A DNA stretch of 64,000 bases, taken from IMG/VR virus record IMGVR_UViG_3300033073_001109, positions 18,197-82,196 of that record. One strand, 5' to 3'. Below the pieces are notes generated by a model. The model worked only from the letters and a program-made list of their open reading frames with translations. It searched no databases and had not been told where the DNA came from. Positions 9,686-19,116 of this stretch are shown here, piece by piece (position 1 is the stretch's first letter; every line of letters starts with the position of its first letter). Position numbers and translations under genes: made by a program. The stretch comes from a virus (lineage: Duplodnaviria > Caudoviricetes).

Positions 9686-10008
9686 TGAGTTCAGCCAACG
9701 TATATACTTCTGTTGCCAATGCCACTTGGTACACTGATCGTGCCAGTATTAGCACTGGTAACACTGCTGTGACCTATAATGTATACGAAATGGCTCTGGT
9801 AGCAATCAATGCAAACGGACAGCCAATTACTGCACAAGCCGCTGCTGGTAATATCTATAGCAATGCAGTTGCTATTCCTGCAAATGCAGTAAAAGAAGTT
9901 TATGTTGGCTCTGGTAATAAATTAACAATCACAGGATCTAATTTTACTGCCCAAGAAATTGGAACAGCGACCTCTGCCACCTATGGCGTTGTTGGCGTAG
10001 GAGACTAA
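9685..10008 (+). CDS. Hypothetical small structural protein
   Basis: 107-aa Ala/Asn/Thr-rich, beta-like; AAGGA RBS. Confidence 0.7.
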   Translation: MSSANVYTSVANATWYTDRASISTGNTAVTYNVYEMALVAINANGQPITAQAAAGNIYSNAVAIPANAVKEVYVGSGNKLTITGSNFTAQEIGTATSATYGVVGVGD

Positions 10009-10009
10009 A

Positions 10010-10390
10010 ATGCGAGCTCGCGAATTTGTCACCGAGGGTAGTAGACCCGGTCGGCGTGCAGACGCCAATCACGAATTCGACATGGCACATCCAGGACTAG
10101 TAGGACCTCAAGCCAATGGGGACACTTACTGGGGCAGGTACTATGACTTTTACCGTGTGTCATCACTGGCTGGCATGGATCTAGACAGACTAGAACACGT
10201 AGATGACATCAGTTTCTTTGGTAATTTACCAGTGTTCTCAGCATACACCGAACATGATCGTAAAAAATTGTATGCAATTATGAAAAAACTAGGCATGAAG
10301 CCCAGTGATCATGTTGAGCCAGGCAGTCTTGAACCAGACTATGTAAATCGCTCCAGCCCTGTCAAAGGGTTCCAAGGCTTTAAGAGATAA
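10010..10390 (+). CDS. MRAxEF...SPVxGFxG family paralogue 1
   Basis: N-term MRAREFVTE, C-term VNRSSPVKGFQGFKR; AGGAG RBS. Confidence 0.75.
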   Translation: MRAREFVTEGSRPGRRADANHEFDMAHPGLVGPQANGDTYWGRYYDFYRVSSLAGMDLDRLEHVDDISFFGNLPVFSAYTEHDRKKLYAIMKKLGMKPSDHVEPGSLEPDYVNRSSPVKGFQGFKR

Positions 10391-10393
10391 GCC

Positions 10394-11272
10394 GTGTGCA
10401 TCATAGTAGCCAAATATTTTCCTGGCATTGGCTGGGCCGGCGCTAAAAATCGCGACAGAACCTACGTGCCCACATTGGACTTTATCATTGATGATGTTAA
10501 GGGTACTGAGCGTTGCATGATGCACGATCAAGTCACAGGTTACCGCGAAGGACTCAACAGTCACGGTGTCAGCATATTAAACACCAGCCTTGACGTACTG
10601 GATGATGAAAAAGAAGTTGAAGCAGGAACAGTAGATTCAAGTCCAGACGGCAAGTACATTGCTGAAGCATTGTTACACAAAGATCCGTTGTCGGCCGCCA
10701 AGCACTTGATCAGTAAAAATCTTGTGGGTTGCACCATGGTTTTTGATCAAAACGATCTGTATTTGATTGAAGCCAGTGATCAAGACGGTACCAAGCCTTA
10801 CAGATACAGTCTACGCAAGATACCCCAAGATCACACACTGGCCAGAACCAATCACGGTCAGTGGTTGGAATGGTCAGGATTTCAACGCAATCCCAACAAC
10901 GACAATGAAACCAAAGATCGCATCAGCAGTGAAGCACGGCTAGTGCAGGCACAAGCAGTGGTTAAACAAGCCAAAAAACCGCAGGATCTTGTGGACGGTA
11001 TGTGCCAAGTCAACATCAACGATCCTCAACTAAATATTATGAGAACCAGTACTGACAGCAAAAAGATGCGTACTACCAGTCAACAGTTATGTGTGCCCAG
11101 TGAGCGCACTTTATATTGTAGACCAGTTAGCAGTAATTTACAATTTGATTTTTGGAAATTAAACAAACCCGAACGCAAAGTCTGGATAGAACTGTTGAGC
11201 AATAGAGAATTGTGGAACAGAGATAGAAATAATCAACCTTTTGATGGGTTGAAACTGAAAGACGTAGAATGA
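10394..11272 (+). CDS. N-terminal nucleophile (Ntn) hydrolase, NRDE/TANGO2- or C45-like
   Basis: GTG start gives M-C-I-I; KNRD at about residue 18-21; EGLNSHGVSI; ARTNH. Confidence 0.65.
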   Translation: MCIIVAKYFPGIGWAGAKNRDRTYVPTLDFIIDDVKGTERCMMHDQVTGYREGLNSHGVSILNTSLDVLDDEKEVEAGTVDSSPDGKYIAEALLHKDPLSAAKHLISKNLVGCTMVFDQNDLYLIEASDQDGTKPYRYSLRKIPQDHTLARTNHGQWLEWSGFQRNPNNDNETKDRISSEARLVQAQAVVKQAKKPQDLVDGMCQVNINDPQLNIMRTSTDSKKMRTTSQQLCVPSERTLYCRPVSSNLQFDFWKLNKPERKVWIELLSNRELWNRDRNNQPFDGLKLKDVE

Positions 11273-11664
11273 GAGCAAAAGAATTTGTCAGTGAAGCAAG
11301 ATTTGGTGCAGCAAAAGATGTACCTGCTATGGCATCTAAACTGCCTAAGTCGCATCGATCTGCTCTCAAAGGTGCCATTTCTATGCCTGATATTTCGCAG
11401 ACCAAGCAAGGCGGTAGTCCTTACACACAGTGGCGTTTTGGTATTGCTATGGCAGGTGCTCCGGACTATCCCACAGAACCTGCGGGTGCGTTTGCAGGAG
11501 ATCCACTATTGGCTACTTACACAGATGTTGATTTGGATATTATCAATGCTGCGGCAAAAAATGTCGGAGCCGGCCTAGTTAAAAAGATAACAGACAATCG
11601 CAGTACCGAAGCAGAGTACGTAAACAAGTCAAGTCCTGTTCGGGGATTCCGGGGGTTCAAATGA
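11269..11664 (+). CDS. MRAxEF...SPVxGFxG family paralogue 2
   Basis: MRAKEFVSE...YTQWRFGIAMA...VNKSSPVRGFRGFK; ATGA overlap. Confidence 0.75.
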   Translation: MRAKEFVSEARFGAAKDVPAMASKLPKSHRSALKGAISMPDISQTKQGGSPYTQWRFGIAMAGAPDYPTEPAGAFAGDPLLATYTDVDLDIINAAAKNVGAGLVKKITDNRSTEAEYVNKSSPVRGFRGFK

Positions 11665-12044
11665 GAGCACGAGAATTTATTAGAGAACAACGAGAATTGC
11701 CCCCTGAAACTAAAGAGCCCATGCGTTATACGTTTACGCTACCAGGATTAAGCTCGGCTGACCCATATAAAACTTATAGAATGGGGGTTGCTTTGGCCCG
11801 TGCTAGGAGCAATGCACAAAAAGACAATGTCAATCCATATATACCTGAGTGGTCAGCCGAAACTGCATTTGGAGAACACGCTGTGGTGGCAGGAATGAAT
11901 GCAGGTATCGAACAACTGATAGACACAGCATTGGCAATGACAGACACTCCGGGCGGCAAACAAATTGTTTCAACACCCAAAAGTCAAGAACCCGAGTTCG
12001 TAGTTACGCAAAGTCCGGTCAAAGGCTTCAAAGGATATAGATAA
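11661..12044 (+). CDS. MRAxEF...SPVxGFxG family paralogue 3
   Basis: MRAREFIRE...YKTYRMGVALA...VTQSPVKGFKGYR; ATGA overlap. Confidence 0.75.
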   Translation: MRAREFIREQRELPPETKEPMRYTFTLPGLSSADPYKTYRMGVALARARSNAQKDNVNPYIPEWSAETAFGEHAVVAGMNAGIEQLIDTALAMTDTPGGKQIVSTPKSQEPEFVVTQSPVKGFKGYR

Positions 12045-13630
12045 TGGCCTACCCCCAACCAACAGAAGTAGCACCGTGGTATTTACGGAATATCACCCAG
12101 GCCCTTGAGCTCGATCAAGCCACAGGCAATGTATTTGTTAGAACCAATGCCGCTGTTATTGGAAACATATCAGTGGGCAACGTGGCCATTGGTAGTTTGG
12201 GCAACGTTGACTTAACTGGCAATACCTTACCAGTTACCGTGGTAGGAAATATCACAGGCATCACAGGCAACATAGCAGGCATCACAGGCAATGTTACTGT
12301 GAATCCCATAACAGGCAATGTTGGTATTGTTGGCAATGTCAACGTCACACAAGGAACAAGCCCTTGGGTAGTATCGGGCAATGTTACCGCCACACTAAAC
12401 GGTGATGCCAATGTTGTTATTTCGGGATTCAGCGGAGCAACATCAGACGCATTTGGTCGACTGCGTGTATCAAATCCTTACACACTGTTTGATACACAAG
12501 CTCGCTATTTCGATCATGGTCAATTTGCCAGCAATGTTACAGGTACCGGCAATGTGGTATATGTGCAAAATCAAAGTTCGTATCAACTCAATGTGGGCAC
12601 AGCATCTGGTGATTCAGTATTAAGAGAAACGCTAAAGCCATTTCCTTATCAGCCAGGCAAGAGTCAACTTACACTGAATACATTCTGCATGAACACACCC
12701 AAAACCAATCTACGTCAACGTGTGGGTTTGTTTGATGCCAACGATGGCGTGTTCTTTGAAAACGACGGGACCTACAACTACTTTGTGATACGTTCGGGAT
12801 CCACTGGTTTAGAGGAACGTGTGCGCCAAGACGCTTGGAATGGTGACCAACTCACTGGCGCAGGCGGCGCGACTAATCCATCTGGCATCACACTATACCC
12901 ACAACGCACACAGATTATGTTTGCTGATGTAGAGTGGCTAGGTGTAGGAACGGTTCGTGTTGGATTTGTAATCAATGGCGCTTATATTATTTGCCATTCT
13001 TTCAATCATGCTAACCAATCAGGCAATACCAAGGTCTACATGACCACAGCCAGTTTGCCCATACGCTATGAAATAACTAATACAGGAACTGTAGCCAGTG
13101 TCAGCATGATGACACAGATTTGTAGTAGTGTGATTTCTGAGGGTGGATTTCAACTGGCAGGCTCTGGCAACCCTCGCGCTGCCAGTCACGCCATAGGCAC
13201 ACCAGTGCGATTGCCCAACGACCAAAGTTTTAAACCAGTCATAGCCATAAGATTAAAAAGCACCAATCTCAATGCTGTGGTCATACCCATAAACTACAGC
13301 CTAGTGCCAACAGCACAAAGTGTGTTTCAATTTCGCGTTTACAAGAAAGCCATTACATCAGGCGGTTCTTGGGTAGACTCGGCTGCAGACAGTTCAGTTC
13401 AATATAATCTTGCCCCTACGACTCTTGTGTCAGGTGATATTGCAGAGCAATCATTTATTAACTCAAGCAATCAAACTGCTGGTGCTCCTACTCAAGAAGC
13501 ATTTGGATTTGAATATCAGTTAGAGCGAGAACCATTTACTGGCACGCCCTATGAGTATGTGATTACCATGGCCACCACAGGCACCAACCAAGACGTATAT
13601 GCCAGCATTGAATGGCAGGAGATAACATGA
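12044..13630 (+). CDS. Putative virion structural protein with GN(I/V)T repeats
   Basis: Repeated GNI/GNV motifs, then DAFGRLRVS and a beta-rich C-terminal domain. Confidence 0.7.
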   Translation: MAYPQPTEVAPWYLRNITQALELDQATGNVFVRTNAAVIGNISVGNVAIGSLGNVDLTGNTLPVTVVGNITGITGNIAGITGNVTVNPITGNVGIVGNVNVTQGTSPWVVSGNVTATLNGDANVVISGFSGATSDAFGRLRVSNPYTLFDTQARYFDHGQFASNVTGTGNVVYVQNQSSYQLNVGTASGDSVLRETLKPFPYQPGKSQLTLNTFCMNTPKTNLRQRVGLFDANDGVFFENDGTYNYFVIRSGSTGLEERVRQDAWNGDQLTGAGGATNPSGITLYPQRTQIMFADVEWLGVGTVRVGFVINGAYIICHSFNHANQSGNTKVYMTTASLPIRYEITNTGTVASVSMMTQICSSVISEGGFQLAGSGNPRAASHAIGTPVRLPNDQSFKPVIAIRLKSTNLNAVVIPINYSLVPTAQSVFQFRVYKKAITSGGSWVDSAADSSVQYNLAPTTLVSGDIAEQSFINSSNQTAGAPTQEAFGFEYQLEREPFTGTPYEYVITMATTGTNQDVYASIEWQEIT

Positions 13631-14340
13631 TGAAAAAGTTATTGGTAGTATTGTTGTTTTTGCCGCTGGCGGCACTGGCACAGATCGCACAACGCTGTCC
13701 ACAGTTTACTCCTTACGGTACAGGCCCTGCTTATCAAGCACAACCTGGCGATCAGGAGATTTGTAAGGCCAACTATGCTGTGATACATCGTTGTAGTGTA
13801 AAAGCACCTGTGGCAGTGTTCGAACATTTGACTGTGCAATCAATGACTGGCCAATCAAAGCGTAGAGACAACTTTAGACCAGATCCCGAAGTACATGAAC
13901 AATGTCGTGCCACCTTACAAGACTATGCTGTGGTAGGACGCACACACGACCGTGGGCACCTAAGCCCTGCGGCCAACAATACACAAAACGACCAGACCAT
14001 GTCAGATAGTTTTTATCTGTCAAACATGATCGCCCAAGTTGCTAATAACAATCGCGGTATTTGGAAACAACTTGAAACTTGGGAACGCGATTGGGCAATG
14101 AAAGGGGGTGATTTTTATATTGTGTCAGGCGGCATTTTTGCTGCTGGTTATCAAACTGTGGGCAACGGTTTGGGTATACCCACACACATATACAAAATCA
14201 TCTATGAAAAGAACAGCCGTCAACTCATGGCTTGGCTCATGCCTAACTCGGCCTTGCCGGTGGCAGACTTGCCCAAATATCAAGTGCCACTAGCCACAGT
14301 GGAACAGGCCACAGGCATGCGTTTTAATTTTGGACAATGA
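13627..14340 (+). CDS. Secreted DNA/RNA non-specific endonuclease (NucA/EndA family)
   Basis: Signal peptide MMKKLLVVLLFLPLAALA-Q; catalytic DRGH; SFYLSNMIAQ; NRGIWKQLE; IPTHIYKI; AGGAG RBS. Confidence 0.88.
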   Translation: MMKKLLVVLLFLPLAALAQIAQRCPQFTPYGTGPAYQAQPGDQEICKANYAVIHRCSVKAPVAVFEHLTVQSMTGQSKRRDNFRPDPEVHEQCRATLQDYAVVGRTHDRGHLSPAANNTQNDQTMSDSFYLSNMIAQVANNNRGIWKQLETWERDWAMKGGDFYIVSGGIFAAGYQTVGNGLGIPTHIYKIIYEKNSRQLMAWLMPNSALPVADLPKYQVPLATVEQATGMRFNFGQ

Positions 14341-14561
14341 CCAAAGAAATAAAGTTCACCAGTGCCAATCTCAGTTACACTGATCCTGCTGAAGATTGTT
14401 ACTTAGATCCATCTGATCCCATACATGCTGTGTACGGTCAAGGTATTTTAGGCACATTAAAACCTGCTGCCGAGCAACATTTTGAACTGCGAAATCGCGC
14501 ACAACAGCAAGGCATACGTCCCGGAACACCGGCTTGGTTTGCGTTGACCCAAACTCGATAA
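14337..14561 (+). CDS. Small hypothetical protein
   Basis: 74 aa, ATGA overlap, ends GIRPGTPAWFAL. Confidence 0.65.
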   Translation: MTKEIKFTSANLSYTDPAEDCYLDPSDPIHAVYGQGILGTLKPAAEQHFELRNRAQQQGIRPGTPAWFALTQTR

Positions 14562-14575
14562 GACTTAAATATTCC

Positions 14576-15718
14576 ATGGATAACTTTTATTGTGCTGCCC
14601 CCTGGCGCGGCCTGCATATCAATCCCCGTGGCGATGTAAAAACCTGCTGTGCAGGCAATCCTAATATGCTGGGAAATCTTAATTCAGCAAAGATTGAAGA
14701 TGTGCTCAATAGCCCTAAGTTGCAAGAAATAAGACAAACAGTTGCTCGCGGTCAAAAACATCCTTATTGTTCTAACTGTCAAAGTGCTGAAGCCATGGGC
14801 GGGTCAAGTGAACGGTCCTGGCACAACAACCAAAACCCACAGTTTGATTACACCACTGCTGGGGATCGTTATCACTATCCGGTGATCATGGATGTACGTT
14901 GGAATACCACGTGCAATTTGAGTTGCAACTATTGTAGCGAATGGGCCAGTTCAAAATGGTCAGCACTCAAAAGCATACCCTTCAAATCTGGTACCAGACC
15001 TTACTATGATGCTGTATGTGACTTTGTGGAGCAACACCGTGAACACATACAGGAAGTTGCGCTGGTAGGCGGTGAACCACTGCTGCTTCCTGAAAACGAA
15101 AGATTGTTGGATGTCATCCCTGAAAACGCTATTGTTACATTGATTACCAACATGGCAGTGGATTTTGAAAACAACAAAGTATTTCGTAAGATTGCTCAAC
15201 GTCGTCGAGTTGGTTGGTCAATGAGTTTTGAAAACATAGCACAACGATACGAATATGTGCGCTATGGCGGAGACTGGCAATTGCTAAAACATAACTTGGA
15301 GATTATAAATGACCTTAAGAAGAATCAAGGGCATTGGGGCGGCATTCATGCGGTTTATAACATCTACTCGGCAACTAGGCTTTGTGAGCTTTACCAGTTT
15401 GCGAAAGAAACTGAAACCAGTATACTATGGCAAAAATTGTTTGACCCGGATTGTCTTGATCCTTTCTTACACGGGCCTAAAGTTGCCCAATTGGCAATGG
15501 CTGAAATTGATCGCTTGGTTGCAATGGGACTCATTAGTAACCATGAACAGAATTTGTTTGCAACATCACGTCAGCGATTTAAAGAAATACAAAAGCCCAG
15601 CGTAGGCATTGAAGCACAATTCCGACAACACATTTCAAATATTGAAAGTAAATATCACACAAACAAGGCAGGCCAATTTGAACAACTGTGGCCTGAACTA
15701 GCGTTCTTATGCAAGTAA
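14576..15718 (+). CDS. Radical SAM protein with N-terminal SPASM/twitch-like Cys region
   Basis: CNLSCNYC (CxxxCxxC); GGEP; N-terminal CAAPW...KTCC...CSNC; TAAATA at 14566 supports start 14576. Confidence 0.85.
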   Translation: MDNFYCAAPWRGLHINPRGDVKTCCAGNPNMLGNLNSAKIEDVLNSPKLQEIRQTVARGQKHPYCSNCQSAEAMGGSSERSWHNNQNPQFDYTTAGDRYHYPVIMDVRWNTTCNLSCNYCSEWASSKWSALKSIPFKSGTRPYYDAVCDFVEQHREHIQEVALVGGEPLLLPENERLLDVIPENAIVTLITNMAVDFENNKVFRKIAQRRRVGWSMSFENIAQRYEYVRYGGDWQLLKHNLEIINDLKKNQGHWGGIHAVYNIYSATRLCELYQFAKETETSILWQKLFDPDCLDPFLHGPKVAQLAMAEIDRLVAMGLISNHEQNLFATSRQRFKEIQKPSVGIEAQFRQHISNIESKYHTNKAGQFEQLWPELAFLCK

Positions 15719-17295
15719 AAAGTCATTTAGAGACAGTGCTGGTCAAAGCACCGCACAGAAAACAAACCTACACTGAGCAAGAGTTAGAAGATTTTGCTCG
15801 ATGTGCTGATCCTGTGGACGGGCCCATGTACTTCATGGACAACTTCTTCTACATACAGCACCCCACACGCGGCAAAATGCTATACCACCCGTTTGAATAC
15901 CAGCGAAGATTGATTGAGAACTATCACACAAATCGTTTTTCAATATCGTTGATGCCTCGACAAACAGGTAAATCGACGTCGGCTGCTGGATATTTGTTAT
16001 GGTATGCTATGTTTATACCAGACTCTACTATTCTTATTGCGGCACACAAGTATCTTGGTGCACAGGAAATCATGCAACGTATTCGTTATGCATACGAACT
16101 GTGTCCCAACCACATACGAGCAGGTGCTACTAGTTACAACAAAGGCTCAATAGAGTTTGAAAACGGTAGTCGTATTGTAAGTCAAACCACAACTGAAAAC
16201 ACTGGTCGTGGTATGTCTATCACGCTCCTATACTTGGACGAGTTTGCGTTCGTAAGACCCACTATTGCGTCAGAGTTTTGGACTTCTATTACTCCTACGC
16301 TGAGTACCGGTGGTAAGGCCATTATCACTAGTACCCCAAACTCCGACGAAGATCAGTTTGCGTTGATTTGGAAAGGTGCTAACAAAACAGAAGATGAATA
16401 CGGCAATCCTCGTCCAGGCGGAGTTGGTATCAACGGATTCAAAGCATACAGAGCATATTGGCGAGAGCATCCTGATCGTGATGATACGTGGGCAGAAGAA
16501 CAACGGGCACAGTTAGGTGAAGAACGTTTTCGACGAGAAATGGACTGTGAGTTTGTTATCAATGACGAAACTTTGATAAGTCCGATTAAATTACTAGAAC
16601 TTGAAGGCTCAGATCCTATTCGCAAAACTGGACAGATACGTTGGTATAGGCCCATACGCAAAGATGGAATATATGTTGTGAGCCTTGATCCTAGTTTGGG
16701 TACTGGCGGTGATCCTGCAGCCATACAAGTTTTTGAAGCCGATACCACAGAACAAGTGGCCGAGTGGAAACACAACAAAACAGACATCCCCACACAGGTC
16801 AAGCTCATGGCAGATATTGTAAAAGAGATACATGACATTACTAAAAACGACAAAACTATATACTACAGCATTGAAAACAACACCCTAGGCGAGGCGGCTC
16901 TGATTAGTATCAACGAATACGGAGAAGAAAATATTCGAGGGTATTTCTTAAGCGACAATTCCATAGTTAATTCAGTGGGACGCAGGTTTCGCAAAGGGTT
17001 TACGACCACAAACAAAAGCAAACTAACTGCCTGCGCTAAGTTTAAAATACTGGTTGAAAGTGGGCGTATGAAGTTGCATTCACGTTCTTTGATCAGCGAA
17101 CTAAAGAACTTTGTAGCAATAGGCAGTAGCTACGAAGCAAAACTTGGGGAAACTGACGATCTTGTAATGGCGACTTTGTTAAGTGTGCGCATGATGATTT
17201 TGCTACAGAGCTACCACACTGAACTAGACGGGCATTTGCGCGATCATACAGACAACATAATTGATCCCATGCCTTTCATCAGTGTAATGCGCTAA
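15709..17295 (+). CDS. gp17: Large terminase subunit
   Basis: Walker A PRQTGKS, Walker B LLYLDEFAF, STPN, nuclease VSLDPSLGTGGD and DDLVMA. Confidence 0.95.
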   Translation: MQVKSHLETVLVKAPHRKQTYTEQELEDFARCADPVDGPMYFMDNFFYIQHPTRGKMLYHPFEYQRRLIENYHTNRFSISLMPRQTGKSTSAAGYLLWYAMFIPDSTILIAAHKYLGAQEIMQRIRYAYELCPNHIRAGATSYNKGSIEFENGSRIVSQTTTENTGRGMSITLLYLDEFAFVRPTIASEFWTSITPTLSTGGKAIITSTPNSDEDQFALIWKGANKTEDEYGNPRPGGVGINGFKAYRAYWREHPDRDDTWAEEQRAQLGEERFRREMDCEFVINDETLISPIKLLELEGSDPIRKTGQIRWYRPIRKDGIYVVSLDPSLGTGGDPAAIQVFEADTTEQVAEWKHNKTDIPTQVKLMADIVKEIHDITKNDKTIYYSIENNTLGEAALISINEYGEENIRGYFLSDNSIVNSVGRRFRKGFTTTNKSKLTACAKFKILVESGRMKLHSRSLISELKNFVAIGSSYEAKLGETDDLVMATLLSVRMMILLQSYHTELDGHLRDHTDNIIDPMPFISVMR

Positions 17296-17303
17296 ATAAT
17301 GCT

Positions 17304-19052
17304 ATGGCAACTACAGAAACAATTTCACAAGATCTGTATGATTTTTTGGTAACAAAAAACTTTGATCCTGAGCCTTTGGACGCCAAAGGCAATCCTTCCG
17401 ACGCAGAAGATGCAAAAGTTTTCAGTTTTGATTATGTCAGCACTTCGGGCAAAAATTACGGCACTGGCGTGATCGTAATTGCCGATCCCGGCGATGTTAA
17501 ATTCTTCTACGGGGACAACCTGGGTCGCAGTATGGAAGAACCAGACAAATCAGAATGGTTCAAGTTTTTGGAAGAACTCAGCGATTTCGCTACTCAACAT
17601 CGGCATGATTGGACACCCAGCGATATCAGCAAACTCAAGTATACCATGGCCGGCATTGCTGCCATTAAGGAAGGTTTGTTTGAAGGTTATTACGGTACTC
17701 GCAAAGTCAGTTACATGGGCGAGCAAACTGAAGCACGACTGGTAATCAAGCACAATCGTGTGCTAGGTGAAAATGACAAACGCTATCGTTATGTAGAAAG
17801 TCTGTTTATTGAAACAGCCGACAGCGAACGTTTTAAACTGCCATTTAAGAATCTCAGTGGCGGCCGTGCCATGTTAGAGCATGTACGTCAGGGCGGTAAG
17901 CCTTATGATGTGCGCGGCAATCACATTGCACAATTGGTCACAGAAGCAGCCACTTTGGCTCGTTTCAATCGTGCCAGCCAGCATAGAATCTTAGAAGGTT
18001 CTACAAAACAACTAGCCGAGCAAGCAGCACAATATTATCAACAAGTGCGTGAAACCATCCAGCATTTGAGCACTGGTCGCGGCTATACAAAATACTTTGA
18101 GTCTTGGAGCCCAGTAGACGTTGCTCCGCAGGAAGGCCTAGTGGAAGATATCAAGACTCTGTTTATTGAACAAACCTTGGACACAAGGATAGAACAGGCA
18201 TTGCCTATATTGGCTCGCCTTCAACAACAAGGAAATGACATGAAAGAAGCACAAATATTTGAAAGTTGGATCGAGCAATTATCCGAAGGTACTTGGGCAT
18301 TGCCAGAAACTCCCGAACAACAGGCTCAGTTACGCGAACTAATGAGCAAGCCGCTAGCAGCCGGGCCCAACGGTAGTTATGCCACCGAAGAACTCTACGA
18401 CCTAGTAGGCGATGATCAGTTGTTCGATATCATTACCGAAATGGCCAAACAAAATCCTGATGCTAATATCTGGGAAGACACCGATGTACAACGTAGACTG
18501 GAAGAGTTAGGCGTGTACATGGTTAATCCAGAAACACCAGAAGAGCCTTCTACACCTGAAACTGGGTCTGTAACAGAAAGTATAATGATAGATGAATCGG
18601 GAAATACTTGGGATCACTTGTTGGATAGATTTAAGCACGAAGTTCAAAATTTCCGAAACGGTGAAGAATTAGACAGCGATTTGTATGATGCATTGTTTGA
18701 CTACTATAGTCAGCATGGTGTAATGCCATACGGTGTGGCCAAAGCACGCACTGGGGATCCATTTAACTGGGTAAGCCATCGTTTAGCACAAGACCTTAAG
18801 ATTGACGAAGCAGACAACATAGCTCATTTTGTTGAAGAAGGCAGTTGCAATCACACCATGGAAGGTGAATACTGTCCCGAACACGGACTTGCTGAATGTG
18901 GATACATAGAAACAACCACAGCCGGAGGGATGGCTCCTGTTATGGGCGAAGCCGATGACCCTATTAATTACAATGCCGCAATGACCGGTTCATACTATGA
19001 GTCAAAGCAAGATGAATTGACCAGAATGAAAAAATTAGCTTTGGGCAAGTAA
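17304..19052 (+). CDS. Large modular hypothetical (probable head) protein
   Basis: TAAATA at 17293; many xxE-(G/S/A) sites; modules MPYGVAKARTGDP and CNHTMEGEYCPEHGLAEC. Confidence 0.7.
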   Translation: MATTETISQDLYDFLVTKNFDPEPLDAKGNPSDAEDAKVFSFDYVSTSGKNYGTGVIVIADPGDVKFFYGDNLGRSMEEPDKSEWFKFLEELSDFATQHRHDWTPSDISKLKYTMAGIAAIKEGLFEGYYGTRKVSYMGEQTEARLVIKHNRVLGENDKRYRYVESLFIETADSERFKLPFKNLSGGRAMLEHVRQGGKPYDVRGNHIAQLVTEAATLARFNRASQHRILEGSTKQLAEQAAQYYQQVRETIQHLSTGRGYTKYFESWSPVDVAPQEGLVEDIKTLFIEQTLDTRIEQALPILARLQQQGNDMKEAQIFESWIEQLSEGTWALPETPEQQAQLRELMSKPLAAGPNGSYATEELYDLVGDDQLFDIITEMAKQNPDANIWEDTDVQRRLEELGVYMVNPETPEEPSTPETGSVTESIMIDESGNTWDHLLDRFKHEVQNFRNGEELDSDLYDALFDYYSQHGVMPYGVAKARTGDPFNWVSHRLAQDLKIDEADNIAHFVEEGSCNHTMEGEYCPEHGLAECGYIETTTAGGMAPVMGEADDPINYNAAMTGSYYESKQDELTRMKKLALGK

Positions 19053-19054
19053 GA

Positions 19055-19095
19055 TATAAATACACTTGACACAAGTGTACGAAAGCGCATATACT
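19055..19095 (+). promoter_or_regulatory. Overlapping late (TATAAATA) and sigma70-like (TTGACA-N18-TATACT) promoters for ssb
   Basis: TATAAATA 19055-19062; TTGACA 19066-19071; TATACT 19090-19095. Confidence 0.65.
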
Positions 19096-19116
19096 ACTCT
19101 TGTGTATGCGCTTTTT
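19082..19116 (+). terminator. 13-bp hairpin with U-tract overlapping the ssb -10 box
   Basis: AAAGCGCATATAC-tactctt-GTGTATGCGCTTT (one G.U pair), continuing into a T run. Confidence 0.65.

Noticed and set aside
11031-11036. TAAATA inside the Ntn-hydrolase gene as a promoter
   Set aside because: It is over 200 nt from the next start and can arise by chance in AT-rich coding sequence
16353-16853. 166-aa minus-strand ORF, and similar shadows such as 33535-33999, 56380-56895 and 9233-9631
   Set aside because: They lie within or across well-supported genes and have no RBS, promoter or motifs
15709-17295. Inteins in terminase, UvsX, helicases or NrdA
   Set aside because: Lengths are ordinary and no C/S...HN splice motifs interrupt the conserved blocks
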